Shown: positions 28,687-41,604 of the stretch, in pieces
Numbering within the stretch: the stretch's first letter is position 1
Layout: the number at the start of each line of letters is the position of its first letter
NCBI GenBank assembly: GCA_964016885.1
Contig: OZ024743.1
Location: 204,104,001 to 204,168,000 of the forward strand
DNA length: 64,000 nucleotides
Source of the DNA: Eledone cirrhosa
Lineage: Eukaryota
Direction of reading: 5' to 3'
Made by a program: the position numbers and the translations under genes
The notes under the pieces: model-generated
Databases searched by the model: none
Seen by the model: only the letters and a program-made list of their open reading frames with translations
Told to the model about the DNA's origin: nothing

Positions 28687-28753
28687 AACTATAGTAGGTA
28701 AAGTCAATTTTTTAAAATTTATTTTGAAACTTTTTCATTATTTACTAAACCTT

Positions 28754-28790
<37 letters not shown>

Positions 28791-29708
28791 TATAAAAGGA
28801 ATAACACGCACTAACACGCAACCACAACCCCACCAAACTATCCAGGATTCTACTGCAAAACATAAAAATAGTTGTAACTGCACCAAACCAGGTACGTGCC
28901 CACTGAATAACCAGTGCCTAGCACGCAATATTGTCTACCGGTGTACAATAAATTCCGGGACCAACAAATGGTATTACGTCGGATGTACCGCAACTTCTTT
29001 CAAGGCTCGCCTATACCAACATCGATCTTCGATCAGGCACCAGAAAATGCGCTCCGTAACAACCCTCGCCGATAAAGCCTGGCAGCTTCGGAGGAACAAT
29101 CAAGCGTTCTCCCTTGATTGGCAAATTATTGCAGCTGCGCCTGCATATCAGCAAAATCACCGATTCTGCAAGTTATGCAATTTAGAGATATACTGCATTT
29201 TAACGTCGGTAAACAAACTTTTGAACAGCAAAATTGAACGTTCTCTATACTGTAACCATCGTTTGAAAACGACTTTTTCTTTTTTTAAATGCATATAATG
29301 TTACCTTTTTACACCAACGTTTGCAAATTTCTGTCTTATATGTTTATAAACAAGATATGGCTTTCTATAATAATAGTACTAAACACTGTTTTTCTGGACC
29401 CCTTTAGAAATAACCTGCTACTATAATAGCCCTAATAACTTGTCTGTGACACTGTACCACTTTGACCCCTTTAACTAAATTTTGTCCGAACAACACCACT
29501 AGAAGAATCTACTTCCCAGCCAACCTTAGCACGCCTCATTAAGCTAACTGCTGCAAAAACATTCTCTCTTCACAATCTCTACTAGTCTGACAGTCTTATA
29601 TCCTAAGACTCCCTCCACCTTACTCACTTCCCTCTTCCCCTTCTCTTCCTACCTCCTTCTTTATCTTTTATCTAGTGTATAAAATATTTTCATATCATTC
29701 TAATACAA

Positions 29709-29825
29709 AGGTCTGATGACATGGTGTGTTGGCTTACAGTGTACCTTCGGTTTATGATAATATTTGTGTATTATTCAAATAGCGAGGTATAGGTAACTCA
29801 ATCACTATAGAAACAATTGTTACCT
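29709..29825 (+). ncRNA. Type I hammerhead, ~90-nt stem II domain
   Basis: aggt-CTGATGA-catggtg...cactata-GAAAC-aatt-GTT-acct-AATAAA. Confidence 0.8.
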
Positions 29826-30002
29826 AATAAATTCTATATACCCGCATTTCCATTTCGTAAATTTTTTCTCCATATTTTCTCCGGATTTTAAAACACACTT
29901 TATTATACGTTGAGCAATCTCTGACGTCAGTTGACTCCATCCAATGCAACTACTTAGTAACATTGGAATACAAATTAACTAATTCTTCACACTCCTTTAC
30001 AG

Positions 30003-32315
30003 TTGAGCAACCTATCAACCCGCGTCTTTGAAATGGAAAAACATCATTGTGGTATGTCCTTAAAAAACATATCCATTCTGGGTAAAAAGGATTACATTCT
30101 TGGTATGATACAAAGGACCAAAGAATTTATTCGGCGGATTAGATGGAAGGCCTTCCACTTCGATAGGAAAAGGATTACACAAACTTCGGACACCAACAAC
30201 GAGAAGTTTGGTTTCAAATCCTACAAAAACCCACCCTCTAACCCTCTTTTGGATTCTTTCGAACAGGACTTAATGAAAATGATAACCGGAATCAAATTTA
30301 CAAACGGAAGGAAAAACGAACTGCAACGAGATATTAAAACTCTACTCAACAACCTAAGGAATACCAAAGGAATTATCATAAAGGCAGACAAAACTTCGAA
30401 TCTATACACCCTGGATGTAGAAACTTATAACAATTTTATACGTAAGGAATTACATAGGAAGTACAAAAAAACAAACGCAACTACACTAACCAACATTAAT
30501 AACGCAGCATGTGATATTGTTAGGAAACTGAAAATTGACGACAGAACGGTACCCCTATCCCCAGCTACACCGACTTTTAATCTGAAGGACCATAAGGATA
30601 ACTTCGATACTAACCCTAAAATTAGATTAATATGTCCTTCAAAGTCCGATATAGGTAGAATTAGTAAGTACATATTAGATCGTATTATCCCCCAAGTTAA
30701 GGCTAAGGTAGATATTAAATTATGGGGTAATACTCATCAGGCAATAAGATGGTTCAATAACATTAGGGACAAAAACAAATCTTCTTTTATTCAATTCGAT
30801 ATAGATGAATACTATTCCTCTATTTCACCCGAAACCCTGCATAAGGCCCTCTCTTTCGCTAAGACTAACTCGGACCTCACAAACGAGGAAATTAATATTA
30901 TACTTGAAGCTAGACGCACAGTAGTGCACTTTGAAAATAGTTATTGGGTCCGCAGGGATAGACCCTCGGAATTCGACATTACGATGGGTTCTAATGATTC
31001 GGCGGAGGTCACGGATTTGGTTGGGATCTATATAGCCCATAGACTCCAGAGCGAATTTACGGACCTCCACGGCGGAATATACCGCGACGATACACTTCTA
31101 TTAGTCAAGAATATGAACAAACAAAACCTAGAAAGGCGACGTAAAAACATTAGGAAACTTTTCTTAGAACTAGGGCTTAATATTACCTTCGAACACAATC
31201 TTAAGGTGGTCAACTTCTTGGATGTCACCTTCAACCTTAATAACGGTAATATAGAGCCATTTCACAAACTTAATGAAAATCTTAAGTACGTTAATGTAAA
31301 ATCGAACCATCCTCATTCCATTATTAAATCTATCCCTAAAAATATATCCATAAGGATCTCCCGACTGTCGTCTAATTTGCAGACCTTCAACGAGCATGCT
31401 GAATATTATAATGACGCACTTAGAAAAGCTGGTTACTGCGAGAAAATTGAATATCTAGACGATAACCACTTAAGTACTATGAATAAAACACATCTAAGTC
31501 GAACTAGTATTGCACCACACACACACATCAATAGGCATACTAACAGGTGCAAACCAGCAAATAGAGTCAGACGTAGAGAGTACATATGGTATAACCCCGT
31601 GTACAATTCTTCTATTAGCACTAAGATTATCTCACAATTCTATACACTAATCAATAAACACTTTACAACTTCACATAAATACTATAAAATCTTTAACTCG
31701 CGCACCATTAGACTCTCATACTCCACTGCACCTAACATAGAACAACTAATTAGAAAACTTAACTCAGCAATACTGAATAAGTACATCCCTAATGACTCAG
31801 CGCACCAGCATAGCAACATACAACGCACTAACACGCAACCACAACCCCACCAAACTATCCAGGATTCTACTGCAAAACATAAAAATAGTTGTAACTGCAC
31901 CAAACCAGGTACGTGCCCACCGAATAACCAGTGCCTAGCACGCAATATTGTCTACCGGTGTACAATAAATTCCGGGACCAACAAATGGTATTACGTCGGA
32001 TGTACCGCAACTTCTTTCAAGGCTCGCCTATACCAACATCGATCTTCGATCAGGCACCAGAAAATGCGCTCCGTAACAACCCTCGCCGATAAAGCCTGGC
32101 AGCTTCGGAGGAACAATCAAGCGTTCTCCCTTGATTGGCAAATTATTGCAGCTGCGCCTGCATATCAGCAAAATCACCGATTCTGCAAGTTATGCAATTT
32201 AGAGATATACTGCATTTTAACGTCGGTAAACAAACTTTTGAACAGCAAAATTGAACGTTCTCTATACTGTAACCATCGTTTGAAAACGACTTTTTCTTTT
32301 TTTAAATGCATATAA
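30003..32315 (+). CDS. Intact Naiad-type PLE protein (RT + GIY-YIG); first ATG at 30033
   Basis: SLKNI, KADKT, QFDI..YY.SI, MGS, IYRDD, NFLDVT, SNHP, CNC..CP, IVY.C...YVG, C..C, C-x-H. Confidence 0.95.
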   Translation: MSNLSTRVFEMEKHHCGMSLKNISILGKKDYILGMIQRTKEFIRRIRWKAFHFDRKRITQTSDTNNEKFGFKSYKNPPSNPLLDSFEQDLMKMITGIKFTNGRKNELQRDIKTLLNNLRNTKGIIIKADKTSNLYTLDVETYNNFIRKELHRKYKKTNATTLTNINNAACDIVRKLKIDDRTVPLSPATPTFNLKDHKDNFDTNPKIRLICPSKSDIGRISKYILDRIIPQVKAKVDIKLWGNTHQAIRWFNNIRDKNKSSFIQFDIDEYYSSISPETLHKALSFAKTNSDLTNEEINIILEARRTVVHFENSYWVRRDRPSEFDITMGSNDSAEVTDLVGIYIAHRLQSEFTDLHGGIYRDDTLLLVKNMNKQNLERRRKNIRKLFLELGLNITFEHNLKVVNFLDVTFNLNNGNIEPFHKLNENLKYVNVKSNHPHSIIKSIPKNISIRISRLSSNLQTFNEHAEYYNDALRKAGYCEKIEYLDDNHLSTMNKTHLSRTSIAPHTHINRHTNRCKPANRVRRREYIWYNPVYNSSISTKIISQFYTLINKHFTTSHKYYKIFNSRTIRLSYSTAPNIEQLIRKLNSAILNKYIPNDSAHQHSNIQRTNTQPQPHQTIQDSTAKHKNSCNCTKPGTCPPNNQCLARNIVYRCTINSGTNKWYYVGCTATSFKARLYQHRSSIRHQKMRSVTTLADKAWQLRRNNQAFSLDWQIIAAAPAYQQNHRFCKLCNLEIYCILTSVNKLLNSKIERSLYCNHRLKTTFSFFKCI

Positions 32316-32725
32316 TGTTACCTTTTTACACCAACGTTTGCAAATTTCTGTCTTATATGTTTATAAACAAGATATGGCTTTCTATAATAATAGTACTAAA
32401 CACTGTTTTTCTGGACCCCTTTAGAAATAACCTGCTACTATAATAGCCCTAATAACTTGTCTGTGACACTGTACCACTTTGACCCCTTTAACTAAATTTT
32501 GTCCGAACAACACCACTAGAAGAATCTACTTCCCAGCCAACCTTAGCACGCCTCATTAAGCTAACTGCTGCAAAAACATTCTCTCTTCACAATCTCTACT
32601 AGTCTGACAGTCTTATATCCTAAGACTCCCTCCACCTTACTCACTTCCCTCTTCCCCTTCTCTTCCTACCTCCTTCTTTATCTTTTATCTAGTGTATAAA
32701 ATATTTTCATATCATTCTAATACAA

Positions 32726-32842
32726 AGGTCTGATGACATGGTGTGTTGGCTTACAGTGTACCTTCGGTTTATGATAATATTTGTGTATTATTCAAATAGC
32801 GAGGTATAGGTAACTCAATCACTATAGAAACAATTGTTACCT
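32726..32842 (+). ncRNA. Type I hammerhead (copy 2 of array)
   Basis: Identical to 29709-29825. Confidence 0.8.
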
Positions 32843-33019
32843 AATAAATTCTATATACCCGCATTTCCATTTCGTAAATTTTTTCTCCATATTTTCTCCG
32901 GATTTTAAAACACACTTTATTATACGTTGAGCAATCTCTGACGTCAGTTGACTCCATCCAATGCAACTACTTAGTAACATTGGAATACAAATTAACTAAT
33001 TCTTCACACTCCTTTACAG

Positions 33020-35332
33020 TTGAGCAACCTATCAACCCGCGTCTTTGAAATGGAAAAACATCATTGTGGTATGTCCTTAAAAAACATATCCATTCTGGGT
33101 AAAAAGGATTACATTCTTGGTATGATACAAAGGACCAAAGAATTTATTCGGCGGATTAGATGGAAGGCCTTCCACTTCGATAGGAAAAGGATTACACAAA
33201 CTTCGGACACCAACAACGAGAAGTTTGGTTTCAAATCCTACAAAAACCCACCCTCTAACCCTCTTTTGGATTCTTTCGAACAGGACTTAATGAAAATGAT
33301 AACCGGAATCAAATTTACAAACGGAAGGAAAAACGAACTGCAACGAGATATTAAAACTCTACTCAACAACCTAAGGAATACCAAAGGAATTATCATAAAG
33401 GCAGACAAAACTTCGAATCTATACACCCTGGATGTAGAAACTTATAACAATTTTATACGTAAGGAATTACATAGGAAGTACAAAAAAACAAACGCAACTA
33501 CACTAACCAACATTAATAACGCAGCATGTGATATTGTTAGGAAACTGAAAATTGACGACAGAACGGTACCCCTATCCCCAGCTACACCGACTTTTAATCT
33601 GAAGGACCATAAGGATAACTTCGATACTAACCCTAAAATTAGATTAATATGTCCTTCAAAGTCCGATATAGGTAGAATTAGTAAGTACATATTAGATCGT
33701 ATTATCCCCCAAGTTAAGGCTAAGGTAGATATTAAATTATGGGGTAATACTCATCAGGCAATAAGATGGTTCAATAACATTAGGGACAAAAACAAATCTT
33801 CTTTTATTCAATTCGATATAGATGAATACTATTCCTCTATTTCACCCGAAACCCTGCATAAGGCCCTCTCTTTCGCTAAGACTAACTCGGACCTCACAAA
33901 CGAGGAAATTAATATTATACTTGAAGCTAGACGCACAGTAGTGCACTTTGAAAATAGTTATTGGGTCCGCAGGGATAGACCCTCGGAATTCGACATTACG
34001 ATGGGTTCTAATGATTCGGCGGAGGTCACGGATTTGGTTGGGATCTATATAGCCCATAGACTCCAGAGCGAATTTACGGACCTCCACGGCGGAATATACC
34101 GCGACGATACACTTCTATTAGTCAAGAATATGAACAAACAAAACCTAGAAAGGCGACGTAAAAACATTAGGAAACTTTTCTTAGAACTAGGGCTTAATAT
34201 TACCTTCGAACACAATCTTAAGGTGGTCAACTTCTTGGATGTCACCTTCAACCTTAATAACGGTAATATAGAGCCATTTCACAAACTTAATGAAAATCTT
34301 AAGTACGTTAATGTAAAATCGAACCATCCTCATTCCATTATTAAATCTATCCCTAAAAATATATCCATAAGGATCTCCCGACTGTCGTCTAATTTGCAGA
34401 CCTTCAACGAGCATGCTGAATATTATAATGACGCACTTAGAAAAGCTGGTTACTGCGAGAAAATTGAATATCTAGACGATAACCACTTAAGTACTATGAA
34501 TAAAACACATCTAAGTCGAACTAGTATTGCACCACACACACACATCAATAGGCATACTAACAGGTGCAAACCAGCAAATAGAGTCAGACGTAGAGAGTAC
34601 ATATGGTATAACCCCGTGTACAATTCTTCTATTAGCACTAAGATTATCTCACAATTCTATACACTAATCAATAAACACTTTACAACTTCACATAAATACT
34701 ATAAAATCTTTAACTCGCGCACCATTAGACTCTCATACTCCACTGCACCTAACATAGAACAACTAATTAGAAAACTTAACTCAGCAATACTGAATAAGTA
34801 CATCCCTAATGACTCAGCGCACCAGCATAGCAACATACAACGCACTAACACGCAACCACAACCCCACCAAACTATCCAGGATTCTACTGCAAAACATAAA
34901 AATAGTTGTAACTGCACCAAACCAGGTACGTGCCCACCGAATAACCAGTGCCTAGCACGCAATATTGTCTACCGGTGTACAATAAATTCCGGGACCAACA
35001 AATGGTATTACGTCGGATGTACCGCAACTTCTTTCAAGGCTCGCCTATACCAACATCGATCTTCGATCAGGCACCAGAAAATGCGCTCCGTAACAACCCT
35101 CGCCGATAAAGCCTGGAAGCTTCGGAGGAACAATCAAGCGTTCTCCCTTGATTGGCAAATTATTGCAGCTGCGCCTGCATATCAGCAAAATCATCGATTC
35201 TGCAAGTTATGCAATTTAGAGATATACTGCATTTTAACGTCGGTAAACAAACTTTTGAACAGCAAAATTGAACGTTCTCTATACTGTAACTATCGTTTGA
35301 AAACGACTTTTTCTTTTTTTAAATGCATATAA
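33020..35332 (+). CDS. Naiad-type PLE protein, second full copy (Q>K and terminal H>Y differences)
   Basis: Same as 30003-32315 except AWKL and CNYR. Confidence 0.95.
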   Translation: MSNLSTRVFEMEKHHCGMSLKNISILGKKDYILGMIQRTKEFIRRIRWKAFHFDRKRITQTSDTNNEKFGFKSYKNPPSNPLLDSFEQDLMKMITGIKFTNGRKNELQRDIKTLLNNLRNTKGIIIKADKTSNLYTLDVETYNNFIRKELHRKYKKTNATTLTNINNAACDIVRKLKIDDRTVPLSPATPTFNLKDHKDNFDTNPKIRLICPSKSDIGRISKYILDRIIPQVKAKVDIKLWGNTHQAIRWFNNIRDKNKSSFIQFDIDEYYSSISPETLHKALSFAKTNSDLTNEEINIILEARRTVVHFENSYWVRRDRPSEFDITMGSNDSAEVTDLVGIYIAHRLQSEFTDLHGGIYRDDTLLLVKNMNKQNLERRRKNIRKLFLELGLNITFEHNLKVVNFLDVTFNLNNGNIEPFHKLNENLKYVNVKSNHPHSIIKSIPKNISIRISRLSSNLQTFNEHAEYYNDALRKAGYCEKIEYLDDNHLSTMNKTHLSRTSIAPHTHINRHTNRCKPANRVRRREYIWYNPVYNSSISTKIISQFYTLINKHFTTSHKYYKIFNSRTIRLSYSTAPNIEQLIRKLNSAILNKYIPNDSAHQHSNIQRTNTQPQPHQTIQDSTAKHKNSCNCTKPGTCPPNNQCLARNIVYRCTINSGTNKWYYVGCTATSFKARLYQHRSSIRHQKMRSVTTLADKAWKLRRNNQAFSLDWQIIAAAPAYQQNHRFCKLCNLEIYCILTSVNKLLNSKIERSLYCNYRLKTTFSFFKCI

Positions 35333-35728
35333 TGTTACCTTTTTACACCAACGTTTGCAAATTTCTGTCTTATATGTTTATACACAAGATATGGCTTTCT
35401 ATAATAATAGTACTAAACACTGTTTTTCTGGACCCCTTTAGAAATAACCTGCTACTATAATAGCCCTAATAACTTGTCTGTGACACTGTACCACTTTGAC
35501 CCCTTTAACTAAATTTTGTCCGAACAACACCACTAGAAGAATCTACTTCCCAGCCAACCTTAGCACGCCTCATTAAGCTAACTGCTGCCAAAACATTCTC
35601 TCTTCACCATCTCTACTAGTCTTATATCCTCCCTCCACCTTACTCACTTCCCTCTTCCCCTTCTCTTCCTACCTCCTTCTTTATCTTTTATCTAGTGTAA
35701 AAAATATTTTCATATCATTCTAATACAA

Positions 35729-35845
35729 AGGTTTGATGACATGGTGTGTTGGCTTACAGTGTACCTTCGGTTTATGATAATATTTGTGTATTATTCAAAT
35801 AGCGAGGTATAGGTAACTCATACGCTATAGAAACAATTGTTACCT
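35729..35845 (+). ncRNA. Hammerhead copy 3 with C3U core change
   Basis: aggt-TTGATGA-catggtgtgt...atacgctata-GAAAC-aatt-GTT-acct. Confidence 0.7.
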
Positions 35846-36331
35846 AATAAATTCTATATACCCGCATTTCCATTTCGTAAATTTTTTCTCTCTATATATA
35901 TATATATATAGATATAGATATATATAGATATATATATATCACATAAGAAACGGAGAACCAGTGGTGTGTCGAATTAAAATTTATTAGACATATTACAATC
36001 GTTTCTCTGGCGACCGGCTCGAGGCACGATCGATGCAATGATCGAACCTGACTCTGAAATGATATTATACTCTGCTCTGTAAGAGGATCGAGTGCATATA
36101 TATATATATATATATGTATTATAAAGAAAACGAAAAATCAGTGATGCATCTGGACTTAATTTATTACGTGTTACAATTGTTTCTCCGGCAGGTAGCTCGA
36201 GACATGGTCCTTGTATGGATCGGCTGATTCTACTTCTGCAGGTTCATTCAGACACGAGTATTTCGTTAGGAGCAAATTTTATCACTCATATATATATATC
36301 ACTCATATATATATCACTCATATATATATCA

Positions 36332-36380
<49 letters not shown>

Positions 36381-36381
36381 T

Positions 36382-36472
<91 letters not shown>

Positions 36473-37038
36473 ATATGTATTAAATATATATATGTATTAT
36501 ATATATATATGTATTATATATATGTATATTGAGCACTCTTATTCGATATGTGTTATTCCACATTTTCCCGAATATTTTTTGCGGATATAAAGGTTATCTC
36601 CCTTGCTGAAATCCATGTGCGTATTTTCAGCCTGGGTTTTGTCTTTTCATCCGTTCGGACAAAAGCTCGTTGAAGAAGTAACTCCAGTCCCCCGTTGTCT
36701 GTAAGTCTTATATTTTTATGTGAGCTGATAGAGGACGGTTTAAGGATTTACAGAAACCCAAGAAACTAGATATACCATATCTCTAGCGGGTCCGGGTATG
36801 CTTTTTACATTCATTTCATTTATTGATTTATTGATAATTTATCTGAGTGTCCCGAATCTTCCATATCGCAATTTTTCGGTTATTTGGTTGATTGTAGACA
36901 TATTCTACGTGTGACGGTATTTTAACGATAGTTATAGCTCTGATTTATTTGAATTATGGAGCCCTCTGCCGCTCATCTCGAATTTTGTTTATCGTGAACT
37001 CGTGCGCCGATTTTTCGATACTCGATTATTCTACTATA

Positions 37039-37152
<114 letters not shown>

Positions 37153-37165
37153 TGTATATATATAT

Positions 37166-37937
<772 letters not shown>

Positions 37938-37962
37938 ATAAATATATGTATATATATATATG

Positions 37963-38052
<90 letters not shown>

Positions 38053-38117
38053 TATATATATATGTATTATATATATATATATGTATGTATTATATATATA
38101 TGTATTATATATATATG

Positions 38118-38850
38118 TAAACAGAATAATTTTTGAAGCTTGTTTCTTTCCCCTGGTTAGCCTTACTCTGTTGTTCTCCTGTCTCACTCGCTTTACGCGT
38201 TTTAATTGTCCTAATAACTTATTTTGGTTATTATTGCACCGACGTGAGGTATATGATTTTTAATGCATGAAATATCTATGATCTTCGGCAAATCACTGAT
38301 GAGGGACTCATTTTATTACATGTTATCCATGTGCTACCTGCAGTATTTTTCTCTATATTTTATTACATATATTTACCACTGCGATTCTGTGTTTTTTTCT
38401 CTCTCTCTTACTGTTCCCCCATTCTCTCTGTTTCTCCCCCTCTGTCATGTCAGTTAACTCTTCCTCACACTTTCACTCACTCACTATTTCTCTCTCTTCT
38501 CTTCATTCCATCCTGTACACCACGAAAGCTATTTTTCTCTCTCCGCTCATAGCCTTCGCTCGTGTATTGTCTGTTCTAAAAGCGCTCATATATTCACCTA
38601 GCTTATGCTAAACAGAATAATTTTTGAAGCTTGTTTCTTTCCCCTGGTTAGCCTTACTCTGTTGTTCTCCTGTCTCACTCGCTTTACGCGTTTTAATTGT
38701 CCTAATAACTTATTTTGGTTATTATTGCACCGACGTGAGGTATATGATTTTTAATGCATGAAATATCTATGATCTTCGGCAAATCACTGATGAGGGACTC
38801 ATTTTATTACATGTTATCCATGTGCTACCTGCAGTATTTTTCTCTCTCTA
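38118..38850 (+). mobile_element. Non-coding partial-tandem element, 491-bp period
   Basis: CTGATGAGGG at 38296 and 38787; flanked by (TA)n; same family at 52860-53757 (-). Confidence 0.8.
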
Positions 38851-39084
38851 TATATATATATATATAGGAGGTGAGTTTTATTGTAGTACAATAAAGCAAT
38901 GCAGATATCGGATAAGAAGCACTCTACAGTTTGTAGGACTGGAGTATACATAATATATAAGATCAAAAGATGGTCAAATGAGTTCCATGTATTTTATTAT
39001 GCGCATTTCAAAAACAAATATCATCATCCAATAACATTTGTGTTTTCATCAGATAAAATAGGAGGACATGATATGAAGGTTAAA

Positions 39085-40356
39085 AACACTTGTGGATAGT
39101 GCAGTTTTAAATCAACATAACCTAAAAATTGAATTTGATAACAGCATCAAACTAGCCAATTTCTTGGATGTATCTCTTAATCTTGACACTGGCCTATATT
39201 ACACTTACCATAAAAAGAATGAGAACCTAAATTATGTTAATTTTAAATCTAACCACCCTACTAATATTAAGAATGCTATAGTTAGTAATATTGGAAAAAG
39301 AATATCTAACCTATCTTCTAATAAAAACATCTTCGATGCTAACGCCAATTACTATAATAACGCGCTTTCTAAAGCCGGCTATCCTGATAAAATCAAATAT
39401 AATAACGAAACAAATTCTAGAAGATCTTACAGTAGAATAATTAATCATGATCATTCCAATAACTTTAATAAAAGACCTAGATACAAAAACATAATCTGGT
39501 ATAATGCTCCTTTCTCCATCTCTATTAATAATAATATTCCTAAATTATTCTTTAGTGCCTTAAATAAATGCTTCCCCCCTCACATATCTATAGTAAAATA
39601 TTTAACAAACACACTATAAAATTTTCCTATTCGACATCCTCCAACATTTCCAACATTATCTCTAAACACAACAATAAAATACTAAATACTAAATATCTTC
39701 CTTCCAACACTGAACATCATAATAATAGTAATAGTACTCCCGACGTCATTGTAAACCCTAGGCTACTTTCTGCAAACCCAAATACAACGTCAAACACAAC
39801 TTCGCTAAATGTTCCTAATCCCATTCTAAATCAAGAAACTATTATTCCTATCGCAAATAACTTCGCCAATCCAATTCCTTCTATAGATAACACTAGGTCA
39901 CTCGTTAATAATCTCTCTAATCGCAATTGCAATTGCCGTGCTAAAAATAAATGTCCTCTCAACAACCATTGTCTTGATAAAAACTTAATTTACGAATGTA
40001 AAGTTATAACTGACACCAATTCCTTCACCTATTTTGGCTCCACTTCCACCTCCTTTAAAGCTCGTCTTTATAATCATCATTCGTCTTTTAAATATAAACT
40101 TAACAGAACCAACACGGCTCTCTCAGAACTCATATGGTCCTTGAAAGACAAAAATATAAAATATAACATCTCTTGGAAAAAGGTTTCCTCTGCTTCTTCA
40201 CACTTGAACAGTTCTCTATCCAAGACTTGCAATCTCTGTCTAAATGAAAAAGTTACCATTATATCTAATTTAGATTCTATAATAAATAGACGCACTGACT
40301 TGTTTTCTATCTGCTTGCATAAATTCCACAAAACTTTCCATAAAGTATACAGCTAA
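39085..40356 (+). pseudogene. 5'-truncated Naiad PLE ORF (RT thumb + GIY-YIG), frameshift near 39580
   Basis: NFLDVSL, SNHP, WYNAPFS / IKFSYS, CNC...CPL, LIY.C, YFG, CNLC, C.H. Confidence 0.9.
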
Positions 40357-41604
40357 TATCCTAAATTTATCAATTCAGAATCCTCTTCTCAAAGGCACAT
40401 ATATATATATATATATATATATATACTTCTTTAAAAATATACCCATCTTTCTACCTTATTTCAAAGTTATTTATTATATTCTATATTACTGCTCTTCATC
40501 ACTTCCCTTTCTTCCTTTTCCTTTTCTTTTCTTTTTCTTTTAATTTCTAACCCCTAATCTGTACCTTTTCTCACTGTGCCTAACATAGAAACAATTATTA
40601 CACAATACACTATATTCTTACTTTATATCACCTTGAAAAAATCCTTCGTAAACATAAACATTTTTTTTACGTTAGATGATTCATCCTCTATTCTTTATTT
40701 TTTCTCACTTTCATCTAACTTATTCATGCTCATCTCACAATATATCCTTACTTACGTTACTTCTGTTTTTTTAATAATACATATCAACATTTTCTTTCCA
40801 TCGCACATATTATTAAACCCTTAAATATTATTCTTAATACATATTAACAATTTCTTTTCATCGCACATATTATTAAACCCTTCAATATACAAACCTTAAG
40901 TTTACATTATTTTTCTCTTCGTTAATTTTCAAATTCTAGAGAGCCCTTAAGGATATATATAAACGTTTATATATATCCTTAAGGGCTCTCTAAAATTTTA
41001 ATTCTTCGAAGGGTCTCTCGGAGGAAGCTCCTATTAAAAATATTAAAGGGGCCTTTTCTGAGAGATTTATTGAAGGCTCTTTGAATTAACCTTTAATTGA
41101 TTAGTTTCTTTCAACTTAGTAGGGAATATCAAAACCTCGTAAGTTTTCTGAAATTTGTTAACGTGATCTCGGGGGAAGAAAGTTTTTTTCTTTCGAAAAA
41201 AATTTTTTTCTATCGAAGGAATTTCTTAGCAAACTTTATATTTTTAGGGAAACTCTATATTTTTATTTTTTTATTTTTTTATTTTATTTTATTAGCCTCT
41301 TAATTTCTCCTAGTTTATTAGGTTTATTGGAGCCTGTAAGCTTTATGCACTTATTGAGGGATTTTTTAAGGTGCTTCTATGGGATCCCAAGTCTTCTAAT
41401 TTAATCTTTACTTTTAATGCGTAAATCATATATTATCTAATTTCTAACCTTCAATCCCTGACCCCGACAACTAATATAAAAGAGCCCCCTTAGAATATAG
41501 ACCCCAACTATACAAGCGAAGCTGCTGATGTATACCACAATTTCAAACTGCTAGTCTTGAGTGATACGTTGATGTAAATAATGATCTTACAATCAAATGT
41601 TATA

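Larger units (their letters stand above)
28107..28760. mobile_element. Inverted pLTR pair (28107-28365 / 28503-28760) with no ORF
   Basis: ~258-bp near-perfect inverted repeat, 137-bp spacer, one HHR per arm. Confidence 0.9.
28806..35890 (+). mobile_element. Head-to-tail tandem Naiad-type PLE (partial + 2 full units, period 3017 bp)
   Basis: Near-identical repeats 28806-29870, 29871-32887, 32888-35890; 3' end at (TA)n. Confidence 0.95.

Noticed and set aside
30221-34962. Antisense ORFs within the Naiad, RTE and other TE ORFs
   Set aside because: Short shadow ORFs without motifs.
30003-35890. Selenoprotein-type Naiad (in-frame TGA + SECIS)
   Set aside because: Both ORFs are open without TGA recoding, and I could not fold a SECIS in the 3' region.
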